This document shows, piece by piece, positions 55,401 through 64,000 of a stretch of DNA of 64,000 nucleotides. The stretch comes from Nageia nagi (lineage: Eukaryota > Plantae > Pinophyta). Location: contig JBITNC010000001.1 in assembly GCA_050084985.1 (NCBI GenBank), forward strand, positions 5,456,001-5,520,000, given 5' to 3'. Positions within the stretch are counted from its first letter, which is position 1; each line of letters opens with the position of its first letter. Below the pieces are notes generated by a model that made no database searches, had not been told where the DNA came from, and saw nothing but the letters and a program-made list of their open reading frames with translations. The position numbers and the translations under genes were made by a program.

Positions 55401-58400
55401 AATTGCTTGCATATACCGCACCTAACAGGCAAATTCTCATAGATGACCTCCTGCTCCCAAATACCACCATCCTCTTCTTCAATAAGCGCCTTCTTCTTCA
55501 ATTTTTTGGTAATATCAATGTTGACACAAAATCGAGTTTCCATCATTCTTGCCTTCTTTCGGGTGACTTTCTGAATTGAAACTAAAGAGCCAATTCTTTT
55601 AACGATGCTTTCAAGAATATTCAAATTCCAGTAAACCATTGGAAGATTTGGAAGTGATGCGCAAGTAGGAATGAGATTGAAATTTTCTTGATCAGATCTA
55701 AAATCCTCCCTTTTTTTCCTAGAAACCATGGACCTAATTCCAAAACCTTTTGCATATCCTCTTCGCATCTGAATTTGAATAGCAGAAACTCCCTAGGTAG
55801 GGCGACCAATTCCACAAAAGTTTTGGTACACCATCTCTCAATCATCCACCTACGAATCATGTGCAGGCTAGGTTGAATTCCAACAAATCTTTCAATCAAT
55901 GTGAGTTTGAATCGATCTTCCTGAGTGACAATATTCTTTGGAGCTTTGATTCGAATTTTATTTCTCCTACAGTAGGCTCCAGCTCAATCTCAATTTCTTC
56001 ATATATTTTCGGCTGCTCACGGGTTACAACATTAACCCATTTCTTCGGAGGTTGCGGCGCCGGTCTTCGTCCTACCTTATTTGTTGCATTCCTTGGGTCG
56101 TTTGGCTGCATTTTGGCTACAGCTTTACTTCGCTTCAGTTATTAACTTATTAAATATTATTTTTTTCTCATGGTAGTGCCCACAAATATTAAATAATCCA
56201 AAGGTACTTAATTAATTCAATGCCTTTACACAACATGTACGGCATCCTGCATCATAGTGATTTCATCAGGCAACTGTTGTCTCCATTTCGATTGGGATTT
56301 CTCTCCAAAAAGAGGGCATGGCAACCAAAGAGAACCACATCAGTCTTTCTGATGTCATACCAGATCGGCCCTTCTTCTCCATTTACTTGGTTGTGGCAAG
56401 AATTATATACTAGCGTCTCAGGCTCCACTTTGTCCCAAAGTCTTAGGCTTAAACCATCAAGTGTTGTGTAGTACACATGTTATAAACATTAAGATCTCAG
56501 GCTTACGAGCAATATTTTTGACACATAAAATGTTAAGGCTATGGCCACCATTGCCCTCTCTACACATTCAAGTTGTAAAGCATAAGAACAAAAAACAAAT
56601 GTTGTGTAGGATAGCTGCCTACAACCATGGATGCTCCTGCATCACCAAGAAACCAGACATAGTTTTTAGCTTATCTTAGCTATCAGATTCCACCAAGCGA
56701 GTCATGTTTGTTTGTCTTTGGGTATCCAAGAAACCAGGTATGTTTTTGGTCTCACATGCTAAACACATTAAGGGGCTGTAAAAGCAAGTACAGTGCATTG
56801 CGTTTTTTGCTCACTGTATTAGGTAATAAGGCCTTTTTTAAGGTCACACTCAAGGCAGTATGACTATGAAATGTTTCAGGGAAACGTGTGGAAAATAAAT
56901 GTTTTTTTAATGTGAGAATTAGGTTGCTTTTATTTATGCATCTTTTGTTTTGATGTAAGCCTTTGTGGAGTCGTGGACTATATGATGTCGTACTTGTATT
57001 TGGTAGAGATTTTCTGAAGTATACTTACAGGTCCGTATACAACCTAGAACTGTCAGATCTAACATGTGCATTATCTAAAGCCGAGAAAACATGAATCAAG
57101 TTCTTGTTACTGAAAGAAACAGTAACTGGATAATTTGCCTATACATAATGATAATACATATACCTATGACTCATCTAATAAATTCTGTATTTCAGGTGCA
57201 CAGATCATGCTCCAGAAGATGTACCTGAAGCCTTGAACAGTACTTTACAGGATCTGCAGCTAGACTACCTTGATCTTTACCTTGTCTGTATATCAACAAT
57301 GTGTATAGTTTATTTCTTTTTGTTTGTCATTAAGGAAGACAAAATAAGTTTAACTCCTCTTCATTTATATAACAGATACATTGGCCCATGTGCTTGAAAA
57401 AGGGAACAAAAGGACTTGCCCCAGAGAATTTTGCTCCTCTGGACTTGCATAGCACATGGAACGCAATGGAGAAACTGCTAGACACTGGCAAAGTTCGTGC
57501 CATTGGTGTGAGCAATTTTACCATTAAGAAATTGGAGGATTTGATCAAGCAAGCAGAGGTTGTGCCAGCTGTGAACCAGGTGGAATGCCATCCAATATGG
57601 CAGCAAGACAGACTTCATGCTTTCTGTAAGAAACATGGCATACATTTGACAGTAAGTGATAGAATCATAAATCCCTTTACCCTAAACCTTAAATGGCAGA
57701 TTCAGTCTTTTAATAAGGCAAAAGATTAGATTGCTTTTAAGATCCTCGAGGATGAATTGGTTGTGGCAGCTATCGAGCTGTATACAGGGGAGAGTAGCTG
57801 ATATTTGCTCCTTAACTTTGGATGTTTCTTGACGGTAGTTAATGCCATGCCATGTCAACCTTATCTATTCCATTTGCTTCCAATTGGCTCATGATACATG
57901 TCATTAGTGTAATTTTTGTGTAAAAAAATGTTAGACTGGTAATTGTTACATACAATCCTTAATACTTGTGCACAAAATAAAAATGTTGTACTTGCATCGT
58001 TGACATGTAGAATTTCATCTGTAAATAAAATAGTATAAAACACTACTCACCTCCTTTTATTGACTTTATCGATGTACAGATTATACTAATAAAAAAAACC
58101 TCCTACAAATAAATGTAATGAAAATGTGTATATAAAATACCTTTATGTTTATCATTGTTAGTTTTCTAATCAAAACAAATTTAAAAATGTTCCAAGTTTT
58201 AGGTTCATTGCATCAAGTACTATATCAACTATTGGATCTATATGGGGGAGAGCTATGCAGCAAGCCAATTCGATCATATGAATAAATTAAGATGTGCCCT
58301 GGCTTTAAGGAAGTGCATTTTACATTGTTTATAAGCTGTATGTCCAAATTGGTATGCTCCACAGTTTGTTTTGTATGTGTTTAGTTTCAATGATTTCAAA

Positions 58401-60193
58401 GTACTATAATTTTATTGTTTTATCTAGGTGTAAGAATATTAATGTGGGGCAGGATTTCCAGCCGTTTGATTTTATCAGTGACATAACATGTTGATCTAGG
58501 TGAATCTACCAACAAATTTCCAAGGTTACCTATCCTTGTTTTTCAATAAGGGTTTGATATTTATATCTTTCTCAAGCCCTCACCTACCATATCTAAATAG
58601 TAATTACCAAGGTTGTATGGGTGTGTAGGTGCAAGTGTATGCAAGGTGCCAGGGTGGAGGGATATGTAGTGTGCAAGTGTATGCAAGTTGCCAGGGTGGA
58701 GGGATATGTAGTGTGCAAGTGTATGCAAGTTGCCAATATGGAGCATTTGGTGTGAGGGTGGAGGGATATGTAGGGTACGAAGTTACAAAAAGTGCAAATC
58801 ATTGAAATTTGGCTATGTTGTAATAAAATTGGAAAGTTGAAGTACAAGATCATTCACTTGGAACAGTAAAACTGAAATCATCTTCATCTTATCATTTGTA
58901 AACTGATACATCAAACTTGTCATGAGAGCCAATTAAAGGATATGATCATATAGAGATCCATAAATATTCTATAGCTTTTGAAAAATGACAAATTGAAGCA
59001 TAGAACAAAAAATAAAATTGTGAACATATCACAAAGGTACTTAATGATGGATAAGTTCAATCTCCATTTTGATTATAATGTTTTCACTTGGAAGATTGAA
59101 AGTTTTCACTTGCTATTTTTGAATTAGATGCACTTCTTTAATGTCCAATTCAAAAATTATCAAAATGAAGTGCATCTATCTCAAATAGTGCGATTTCATG
59201 TGAATGGCTATGGATGTCTTGCATCTACGCCGAAGTATGTATTTAACTAATTTACTAAACCACGATTGTAAAGATTCATATGATCATGCATTACATAGTG
59301 GTATAATTGTAAAATAGAGAGAAATCTGAAAGAGGAAGGTAAAGGAAATGTATTTATTTCTCTACTATTTGAATTTGTATTGTTTTTAAGTTCAAAGGAG
59401 ATATTGTTGCGAGTCCATTTACTAATTTCGTTGTTTTAGCTCATAGCTAGTAGAAAAACAGCTCTTGGTGACTTTCTTAGGTTTTAGTAAATATTATTTT
59501 TTGTATTTACAAGACCTGAAGTTAGAAGTGGTTATTACAGGCATACTCTCCGTTGGGTTCTCCTGGCACTGGATTTGTTAAAGCAAAAGTGGGTGTTTTA
59601 GACCAGCCAGTATTGAAGCAAGTGGCAGAAAACTTGGGCAAGACACCTGCACAAGTTGCTTTGCGTTGGGGATTACAAAGGGGTTGCAGTGTGCTGCCCA
59701 AGAGCACCAGTGAGGAAAGAATAAAATCCAATTATGCTGTATTTGATTGGTCGATACCCCAAGATCTGATGGATCTATTTGAGCAGATTGAACAGGTAGC
59801 ATTTTATATTTTTGGGAAGTTTTATAGTTTAGATCACAAATGTTCATCAGTTTAAGCAGGTTGAACAGGTAGCGTTTCATATTTTACGTTTTGTGTATTT
59901 TAACTTGAGAGGTTTTAGATGATACCTTGGTCATAAGGTCAAAACTTGTATTATAAAAATTTAATCTAAAGAATATAGTGCTAAAAGTCTTTTAGAACTT
60001 TTTTTTAATGTCTAATGACATGTTGGCTAATTTGTCATTCAAATACATATTCACCTTTTTGGCATTGGTACTTCATGTTAAGAGTTTGCTTTTGTTTGTG
60101 TTGTAGGAGAGATTGCTTAAAGCGGAAATCTTTGCCCATCAGACTCTCAGCCCCTACAAAACGCTTGAGGATGTCTGGGATGGCGAAATATAA
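16344..60193 (+). CDS. AKR4C: NADPH-dependent aldo-keto reductase, AKR4C-like (7 exons, 314 aa): join(16344..16454,18576..18626,18879..18955,57196..57283,57376..57651,59541..59795,60107..60193)
   Basis: All introns are GT-AG with consistent phases and the spliced frame has no stop. Motifs: [13 protein letters not shown]-x2-[58 protein letters not shown] and C-terminal WDGEI. Confidence 0.95.
18576..18626 (+). CDS. AKR4C: AKR exon 2 ([17 protein letters not shown]; catalytic Asp and Tyr)
   Basis: TGCAG| acceptor, |GTGGGT donor; 51 nt. Confidence 0.95.
18879..18955 (+). CDS. AKR4C: AKR exon 3 ([25 protein letters not shown]+tg; catalytic Lys)
   Basis: AACAG| acceptor, |GTATGG donor; phase 2. 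Confidence 0.95.
19426..20300. repeat. Tandem duplication: ~357-bp unit x2 plus a third copy of its ~175-bp distal half
   Basis: CCTGCCTAATTACTAC at 19426 and 19783; AATTAATC(C/T)CTGCCAAA sub-unit at ~19598, 19957 and 20127. Confidence 0.9.
20540..21170 (-). mobile_element. Ty3/Gypsy integrase remnant
   Basis: Minus strand [24 protein letters not shown]... and [23 protein letters not shown]...RLHELP match Gypsy integrase 'WEDISMDFVLGLP...FSKMAHFIPC'. Confidence 0.8.
21300..21545 (+). mobile_element. RTE-like LINE fragment (region C-terminal to RT)
   Basis: Frame [22 protein letters not shown]...WTTIERI...[12 protein letters not shown] resembles the 'KL.LF..LV.P.LLYG.EVW' motif of RTE/L2-type ORF2. 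Confidence 0.6.
21645..21844. repeat. AT-rich ~30-bp tandem repeat (ATTAAAATTAAATATAA core)
   Basis: About 6 degenerate copies, preceded by clustered TTCGA motifs at 21550-21630. Confidence 0.7.
21845..22725 (-). mobile_element. 5'-truncated LINE derivative: ORF1 C-terminus followed directly by 3'UTR and poly(A); no ORF2 (HAL1-like)
   Basis: Zinc-knuckle region [16 protein letters not shown]../[10 protein letters not shown] is homologous to ORF1 of the L1 at 55304-55768 ([14 protein letters not shown]...HYDRECPEK). Basic tail ends at TAA ~22094, then ~250-bp UTR and A9 tail (T-run 21845-21853). Confidence 0.65.
24237..25070. mobile_element. Solo LTR (834 bp) inserted in the integrase of Copia 2
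   Basis: TSD TCTTC (24232-36 / 25071-75); ends TATAAT...ATTACA (TG>TA decayed). Removing it restores [12 protein letters not shown]. Confidence 0.85.
25620..27168 (-). repeat. 3' LTR of the Gypsy element (1549 bp)
   Basis: About 98% identical to 42075-43624; internal TCTGGAGCGGAGCTCCGGAC repeats at ~26650-26900. Confidence 0.95.
27219..28084 (-). pseudogene. C-terminal part of the Gypsy extra ORF (ORFs 27592-28077 and 27219-27794, probable +1 frameshift near 27600)
   Basis: Joins in frame to ORF 33214-33672 after removing Copia 3 (...SPSSVYS|[10 protein letters not shown]...). Confidence 0.7.
28090..33322 (-). mobile_element. Copia element 3 (Tork/Tnt1-like), full length, frameshifted
   Basis: LTRs 28090-28714 and 32701-33322. 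Perfect TSD CTGTA (28085-89 / 33323-27). Met PBS 32686-32698. PPT AAGTGGGAGAT. Gag [34 protein letters not shown], protease WVLDSGAS, integrase, [10 protein letters not shown], RNase H with a small deletion. Confidence 0.97.
28775..32622 (-). pseudogene. Copia 3 gag-pol (ORF pieces 31189-32622, 30566-31171, 30248-30508, 29861-30238, 28833-29864, 28775-28981)
   Basis: Collinear domains broken by a few frameshifts and stops. Confidence 0.92.
33323..34734 (-). pseudogene. N-terminal part of the Gypsy extra (env-position) ORF: plant-transposon-protein-like domain plus coiled coil
   Basis: ORFs 33787-34734 and 33214-33672 are in the same frame, separated only by two in-frame stops (TAA at 33787, TAG at ~33685). 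Confidence 0.8.
35662..39295 (-). pseudogene. Gypsy pol (PR C-terminus, RT, RNase H, integrase), frameshifted by a 52-bp tandem duplication at 37449-37552
   Basis: [13 protein letters not shown]...[10 protein letters not shown]...VYMDDF; RNase [14 protein letters not shown]; integrase WGIDFVGP...GPY. Confidence 0.95.
39311..41863 (-). pseudogene. Gypsy gag and protease N-terminus (ORFs 40838-41863, 40430-40825, 39311-40327)
   Basis: Gag [17 protein letters not shown]; Cys/His knuckles; ELRSGK; protease VLVDL*AAINVM (DLG motif hit by a stop). Confidence 0.88.
42075..43624 (-). repeat. 5' LTR of the Gypsy element (1550 bp)
   Basis: Direct repeat of 25620-27168, adjacent to the PBS. Confidence 0.95.
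45658..47534. repeat. Diverged inverted repeat: 45658-45836 (+) versus ~47350-47534 (-), two copies of an LTR-like repeat
   Basis: GTGGTGCCTGAAGGCACC...CCCCAAGTTCACCCTGATCAAAC...CTCATATTCTC aligns to the reverse complement of 47350-47534 (roughly 75% by eye). Confidence 0.7.
45838..46059 (-). repeat. Orphan LTR related to the TR-GAG LTR family, with adjacent PPT
   Basis: Ends CTTAATCCTTAAGGATTAGGTTTCCAACA, identical to 51244-51272. Shares AACTCCAAAA, TCATTTCACCTTC and TGAC.TTTGGAATT blocks. PPT-like CTTCTCCACTT at 46060. Left boundary approximate. Confidence 0.55.
48142..48488 (-). pseudogene. GolS: Galactinol synthase (GT8) gene fragment, decayed, apparently processed
   Basis: Minus-strand translation: [51 protein letters not shown](fs)[56 protein letters not shown]. 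One frameshift (~48325) and three stops. Confidence 0.92.
48731..48958 (-). mobile_element. Short LTR plus Met PBS heading the segment that carries the GolS fragment
   Basis: GCTCTGATACCA (48731-42) abuts TGTAAGATT... (48743); probable LTR end ...GACAAACA at 48958. Partner LTR not found in the window. Confidence 0.6.
49196..51272 (-). mobile_element. Non-autonomous gag-only LTR element (TR-GAG type), 2077 bp
   Basis: LTRs 49196-49494 and 50984-51272. TSD CATTC/CGTTC. PBS GCTCTGATACCG at 50971-82. PPT at 49495-49508. The 1.5-kb interior has only a Copia-type gag. Confidence 0.9.
49646..50560 (-). CDS. Copia-type Gag with CCHC knuckle (open, ~304 aa from ATG 50560)
   Basis: [10 protein letters not shown]...KAYALI...[12 protein letters not shown]; knuckle [14 protein letters not shown]; no protease or pol follows. 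Confidence 0.8.
   Translation of the reverse strand: MHSLVSIVRVVLIGKENWEEWHKKITNTIIFNDFWDGVCDGDNPPTKPTNANELAIWNVKNKKAYALISSSMSEEISRHIKSVAGDAWKALKKLKDLYDTHFELKFIQLQLKLFNLELKDGDPMALASEIKAIIHDLDASGVKVDIALTTYIKALYPTYSNYLESLQTSGNLKSLTFDLLVAKIDEHEKAFGKKLDSETLCIAQRWKNRSQYSPKEEGSSKGKAKKKEKGNIHNQNEKTISFCDHCEQKGHNAKNCWAPLEKIKEKEEHNKDKGKAAYDDNASDSAHAIFANCNGGTYEYLGCN
51278..56145 (-). mobile_element. Near full-length, decayed L1 LINE (ORF1 plus ORF2 EN-RT-zf-RVT)
   Basis: ORF1 GPWF and CCHC (55304-56111). Endonuclease [59 protein letters not shown]. zf-[15 protein letters not shown]. Confidence 0.9.
57196..57283 (+). CDS. AKR4C: AKR exon 4 (g+[29 protein letters not shown])
   Basis: TTCAG| acceptor; weak donor |GTCTGT; phase matches exon 3. 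Confidence 0.93.
57376..57651 (+). CDS. AKR4C: AKR exon 5 (IHWP...GIHLT; catalytic His)
   Basis: AACAG| acceptor, |GTAAGT donor; 276 nt. Confidence 0.95.
58629..58772. repeat. 42-bp minisatellite (~3 copies) in AKR intron 5
   Basis: GTGCAAGTGTATGCAAG(G/T)TGCCAGGGTGGAGGGATATGTAGT at 58629, 58671 and 58713 (partial). Confidence 0.9.
59541..59795 (+). CDS. AKR4C: AKR exon 6 (AYSPLGS...FEQIEQ)
   Basis: TACAG| acceptor, |GTAGCA donor; 255 nt. Confidence 0.95.
60107..60193 (+). CDS. AKR4C: AKR exon 7 ([28 protein letters not shown])
   Basis: TGTAG| acceptor; TAA at 60191-93; AKR4C-type C-terminus. Confidence 0.93.
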   Translation, partial: ERLLKAEIFAHQTLSPYKTLEDVWDGEI

Positions 60194-60306
60194 GGAAATT
60201 TTGGGTCTATTGTTTGATGACGCTCGGAGCTCTATGGTATTTATATTTTTATTCGTTTTCGTAGAGGGAAGGGTTGGCATTATAAAGGGAGTCTTCATTA
60301 AATTTT

Positions 60307-60312
60307 AATAAA
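60307..60312 (+). terminator. Candidate polyadenylation signal
   Basis: AATAAA about 115 nt after the stop codon. Confidence 0.4.
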
Positions 60313-60697
60313 TGCCGTGTGCTAGTTTGAGTGTTAAATACATTCTTTGGATGGATAGTGGTTTAAATATGTGGGATAAAAAAAATTAAAATTTTGATGT
60401 CTTCAAAATTATGATGAATCATTGTGACACAGTATATAGAGTTTTGAAGTTTTCCTTATATTTATTTAATTATATACCTATGAATTAAAGAATATTAATC
60501 AAATAATATTGTAGGTAACTTTATATTCCGCAACAATATTTATTCAATACAAAAGAATTATATCAAAGAAGTGAGAATCACCATATCAATAGGATCATTG
60601 CTATATTGAACTGATGCTTTATTATATCAAACAACTTTGCTTTTTTGTTATCAACATGTATATGAGAAAGTGAGATGACTTGACAAATAAAGAAGTT

Positions 60698-60920
60698 GGA
60701 GAGGTGGGTAGTTCAAAGCTCCCGAATAGAGGAGGTCCAAGTTCAAAACTCTGTCCCTAAAAAGTTGAAACATACCTAAAATCCTTTTGAGTTGATGGTA
60801 GGTACAAATGAGGTGGGGATCGTGCTTCCGATAGATTTTGACAACATGGATACTCCTTAGTTGCGGTTTCAAGCTTAAAAGTTCTTGGTACCTTTAGGGA
60901 ACAAAAGCTCCAACAAAAAA
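60698..60920 (+). mobile_element. Probable tRNA-derived SINE
   Basis: GAGGAGGTCCAAGTTCAAAACTC (B-box region) resembles the SINE at 13837-14039. A-rich end CAACAAAAAA; degenerate TSD ...AAGAAGTT / ...GGGAAGTT. Confidence 0.5.
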
Positions 60921-61291
60921 GGGAAGTTTAATACGAGTGCTTTACTTTATTCTTTACAGAGCTTGATCTTAGTGGATGAGATAGATTGACATGCTATGTT
61001 AATATTGTAATTAAATCACTAAGTAGATTTTACCATATATTGAATTTAAAAATATCAAAATAAGGATATTTTAATTTAATCTACCATTGTTAGTGCCCTT
61101 TGAATTGGATTAATTATTTTTATGAAGGTTTGAACATGTTACTTGAATGTTTTCATGGAGCTATCATTAACAAAGGTATTTCAAGAAAATAAATTGATTT
61201 ATTTTTTTAAAATCATATTATGATGGTAAAGATAATGAAGACATTTTTGCGTAAAGTAATAGATTATGTGAACTCATTATACACAATTAGA

Positions 61292-61361
<70 letters not shown>
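61292..61361. repeat. Compound (AT)n(AG)n microsatellite
   Basis: Directly visible. Confidence 0.97.
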
Positions 61362-61364
<3 letters not shown>

Positions 61365-62798
61365 TTAATTTACAAATCAATAAATAAATTATGATCATAA
61401 AGGAAACATATCAATGTTTAATGTCCTTTAAATCTATTGGTTTGCAGGGTCTATCAAGAGTGTTTAAATATCACCAATATAGAGATGGGAGTAGAACTTG
61501 CGATGTTCAATGTGTGTGCTTTAACACTTCGCTTGTCTTCCAATTCTCCTAGTATGAGGTGATAAGTTACTCTTTGAAGGTTTCAACAAACATCATTATA
61601 TTGTGCTTGATATGGTTCAAGAATTTTGTTTTAATGATTTATTTTCATTGGGTGGGTGAGTAATTGTGGTCAATTGTCTTTTGGAGTATTTTTGTTTTTC
61701 TTGTCATATTTTTGGATTGTTCAATATTTTTTTAATATGAGCAAAAATCATTCAAATATTTAATTGATGTATATTTACTTGTTACAAACAAATGGGTTTA
61801 AAAGGACATTAAAAAGACAACTAGCTATCTATCATATAGTAAGAATTAAAGTATTACCTAAAAAAATGTTTCTTTGAAAGGTAAAAGAGTTCAATCAATA
61901 ATCAATTTGGAAAGGATGGTGTGGTACTCTACTTATTTATTTATTTATATAAATGGAAATCAAATGAATTATATCATGTGCTTAATTTGAAGTAATTGAT
62001 GAAAATGTCAATCTTTGATGATTTTGAAAATTTGTTATTAACAATTTAGATATCTTAGATGTATATTTATAAAATATTGAAAGGTATCTATCCAAAGATG
62101 TTTATCCTAAATATCTTTATACATTACATAAATAGTTATTAAATAAAAATGCAAAAAAAATTATAAACAAAGATGTAATAAATATTACACATAGTTTTTA
62201 TATCACATAATCACAATTAAATATGAAACAACAATTGAAGAATGAAAAAAGAGATTTGTGGATTGATTTCGACCATTGATTTACACAAGTATTATAATTA
62301 TGGATTAGTTTCGACCATTGGATTATTGTCAAAACTTATGTACAAGTGACGAATGAGCTTTGTATCTCACCTTGTTTTTCATTGTAGAACACATAATTAA
62401 TATAAATGAAGTTTTTACATTAGATTTATTTTGTATAAATTATTTAACTTGATTCATTATACTTTCCATTTTTAGGATTGGAAATAGTGATAAAGTGTTA
62501 GCTACCATAGCATTTAGTTACAAAATTGTGTAAAGGATTTTGAATATAGTCTATCATGAAAATTTTACATGAGAGAATTGAAGTAAAGCAAAAGTATCTT
62601 GATCTTGATCGAATAGAATTATCATCATTGTAGCTCAAGAGACCAAATATTTCTTTTGATCTTGATCTAATAAAATTTGAATTCAAATGAACTACAAACC
62701 TATCGTGGACCAAATGAATTGCTACTCAGATCTAGACTCAATAGGATCTATAAGACTCATTCTTAGAATCCGAACCTTTGTTCCTCATAAGCATGGCA

Positions 62799-64000
62799 TG
62801 TTGATGTACCATGGTACACCATTATTTGACTTCCTTCACTACCTTTGAATTCAGTAGTCAAGATTACCTACCAAGGTTATCAAACCTAAATTACAATATC
62901 ATGACTAAGGAATGTAGTAAGCAATGAAGGCTCAAATCTATACTTGATAAGTTGTGTCAAGAGATAGTGGTCAATACTATGTATTAGTGTATTTATCAAG
63001 GTCCATAAGTGATTAGTGCCATATCTTTCCTCCCTTATATAGATGAAGTTGCACTATTGGGCTAAGCCTCCTTGCTTAGTGCACCTTGGACCTATCACCT
63101 TAAATATAAAAAGGGGTGAAATTACACTTTATTCCACAAATATACCTCAAATATAACAAATAAATAATTAAATTAATTTAATTGCTTAGATACCTAAAAA
63201 TATGATTTTTAATTAAATAAAAATCAAATTAAGTTGTTCATAGATTCCCCCTTTGGATATGTTTTTGAATGATCTAAAGTATCTATTTCATCAAATATGT
63301 ATGTGCCTAAGCTTGTTTCAATTATCGCATCCATATCTTAACTCTTTTTGCTCAATTGGCTCTTTTTCTTTGTTTACATCATCATTGCTTAGAACTGGCT
63401 TATCTTCTACTTTCATCATACTAACTTTCTTCCATGATCAAGCATTTCTAAAAATACGCTTATTGAAATTCTATTATCCACTTGTTCATTCTTGAAGGCA
63501 TCCAAGAAATCTTCCTTATGCAATAGAGAGATCTTAATTAATCTATACAAACTTATTTTACTTGAAAACTATTCCATCAATTCTTCATTTGACATCGTTT
63601 GAGGGCTATCTTGTCTTATGGTAGCATTAATCATATGACTTCATATTCTTATTCACTTTGGTCCTATTCACTATAGTGATATTCTTTAGAATATGCGACT
63701 TGAGCACTATCCATTAACTTAAGATTATTCCTCAATATAGTCCTATGTCCCTTCACTTGATGATAAATACAATAAACATTTGCATCATACAAACTAGGCT
63801 TTGGAACATTATCGGCTAACTCTTTTTGCAAATAGGGTTGAATCAAGCCTTTTGCTAAACAATATTGATACATATCCTTTGGAGGAATAGGGAGCCTTAA
63901 ATTTGCTAATTTTTTATCCTTTATGGTGTGTTCACGTACTATGGTGCTTCAATGCACATAATGCTATCATATTAAACTACATTAACATGCTTATCCTCCT
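62799..64000 (-). mobile_element. 3' end of a Gypsy (Tat/Ogre-like) element: LTR ~62799-63242, PPT and gag remnant; continues off the right edge
   Basis: TGTTG start; PPT (GATTCCCCCTTT on +) at 63243-54. ORF 63664-63873 has YDANVYCIYHQVKGHRT, a Tat/Ogre-type gag Cys/His motif. Confidence 0.6.

Larger units (their letters stand above)
18956..57195 (+). other. Giant intron 3 of the AKR gene (38,240 bp), filled with nested retroelements
   Basis: The split codon TG|G (Trp of TSKLW) joins exon 3 to exon 4 in frame; no AKR exon was seen in between. Confidence 0.9.

Noticed and set aside
56160-56480. GC-richer segment with a T-run; possible retrocopy or non-LTR element tail
   Set aside because: None of the frames I read gave a recognisable protein and no TSD was found; BLASTX is needed.

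Overview
Plant nuclear DNA. The very large intron, nested LTR elements and AT-richness suggest a gymnosperm or conifer, which is an inference. One apparently intact host gene is present: a 7-exon aldo-keto reductase of the AKR4C type (+ strand, CDS 16344-60193, 314 aa, catalytic D44/Y49/K78/H111 intact). Its intron 3 is 38,240 bp and is filled with retroelements, almost all antisense to the gene. There is a three-level nest: a Copia host (22726-45657) contains an Athila/Tat-like Gypsy (25620-43624), which contains a Tork/Tnt1-like Copia (28090-33322); the host Copia also contains a solo LTR. The intron further holds a gag-only TR-GAG element, a near full-length L1 LINE, an ORF1-only (HAL1-like) LINE derivative, and RTE and Gypsy fragments. 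Absent from the ORF track is a decayed, apparently intronless galactinol synthase fragment (48142-48488, - strand) just behind an LTR and primer-binding site, suggesting host-gene capture by an LTR element. Removing the inner Copia restores a ~750-aa extra ORF downstream of the Gypsy pol. Outside the gene are a LINE remnant, an old full-length Copia (1926-11524), two tRNA-derived SINE-like elements and the 3' end of another Gypsy-type element. All identities and difference counts are hand-read and approximate.
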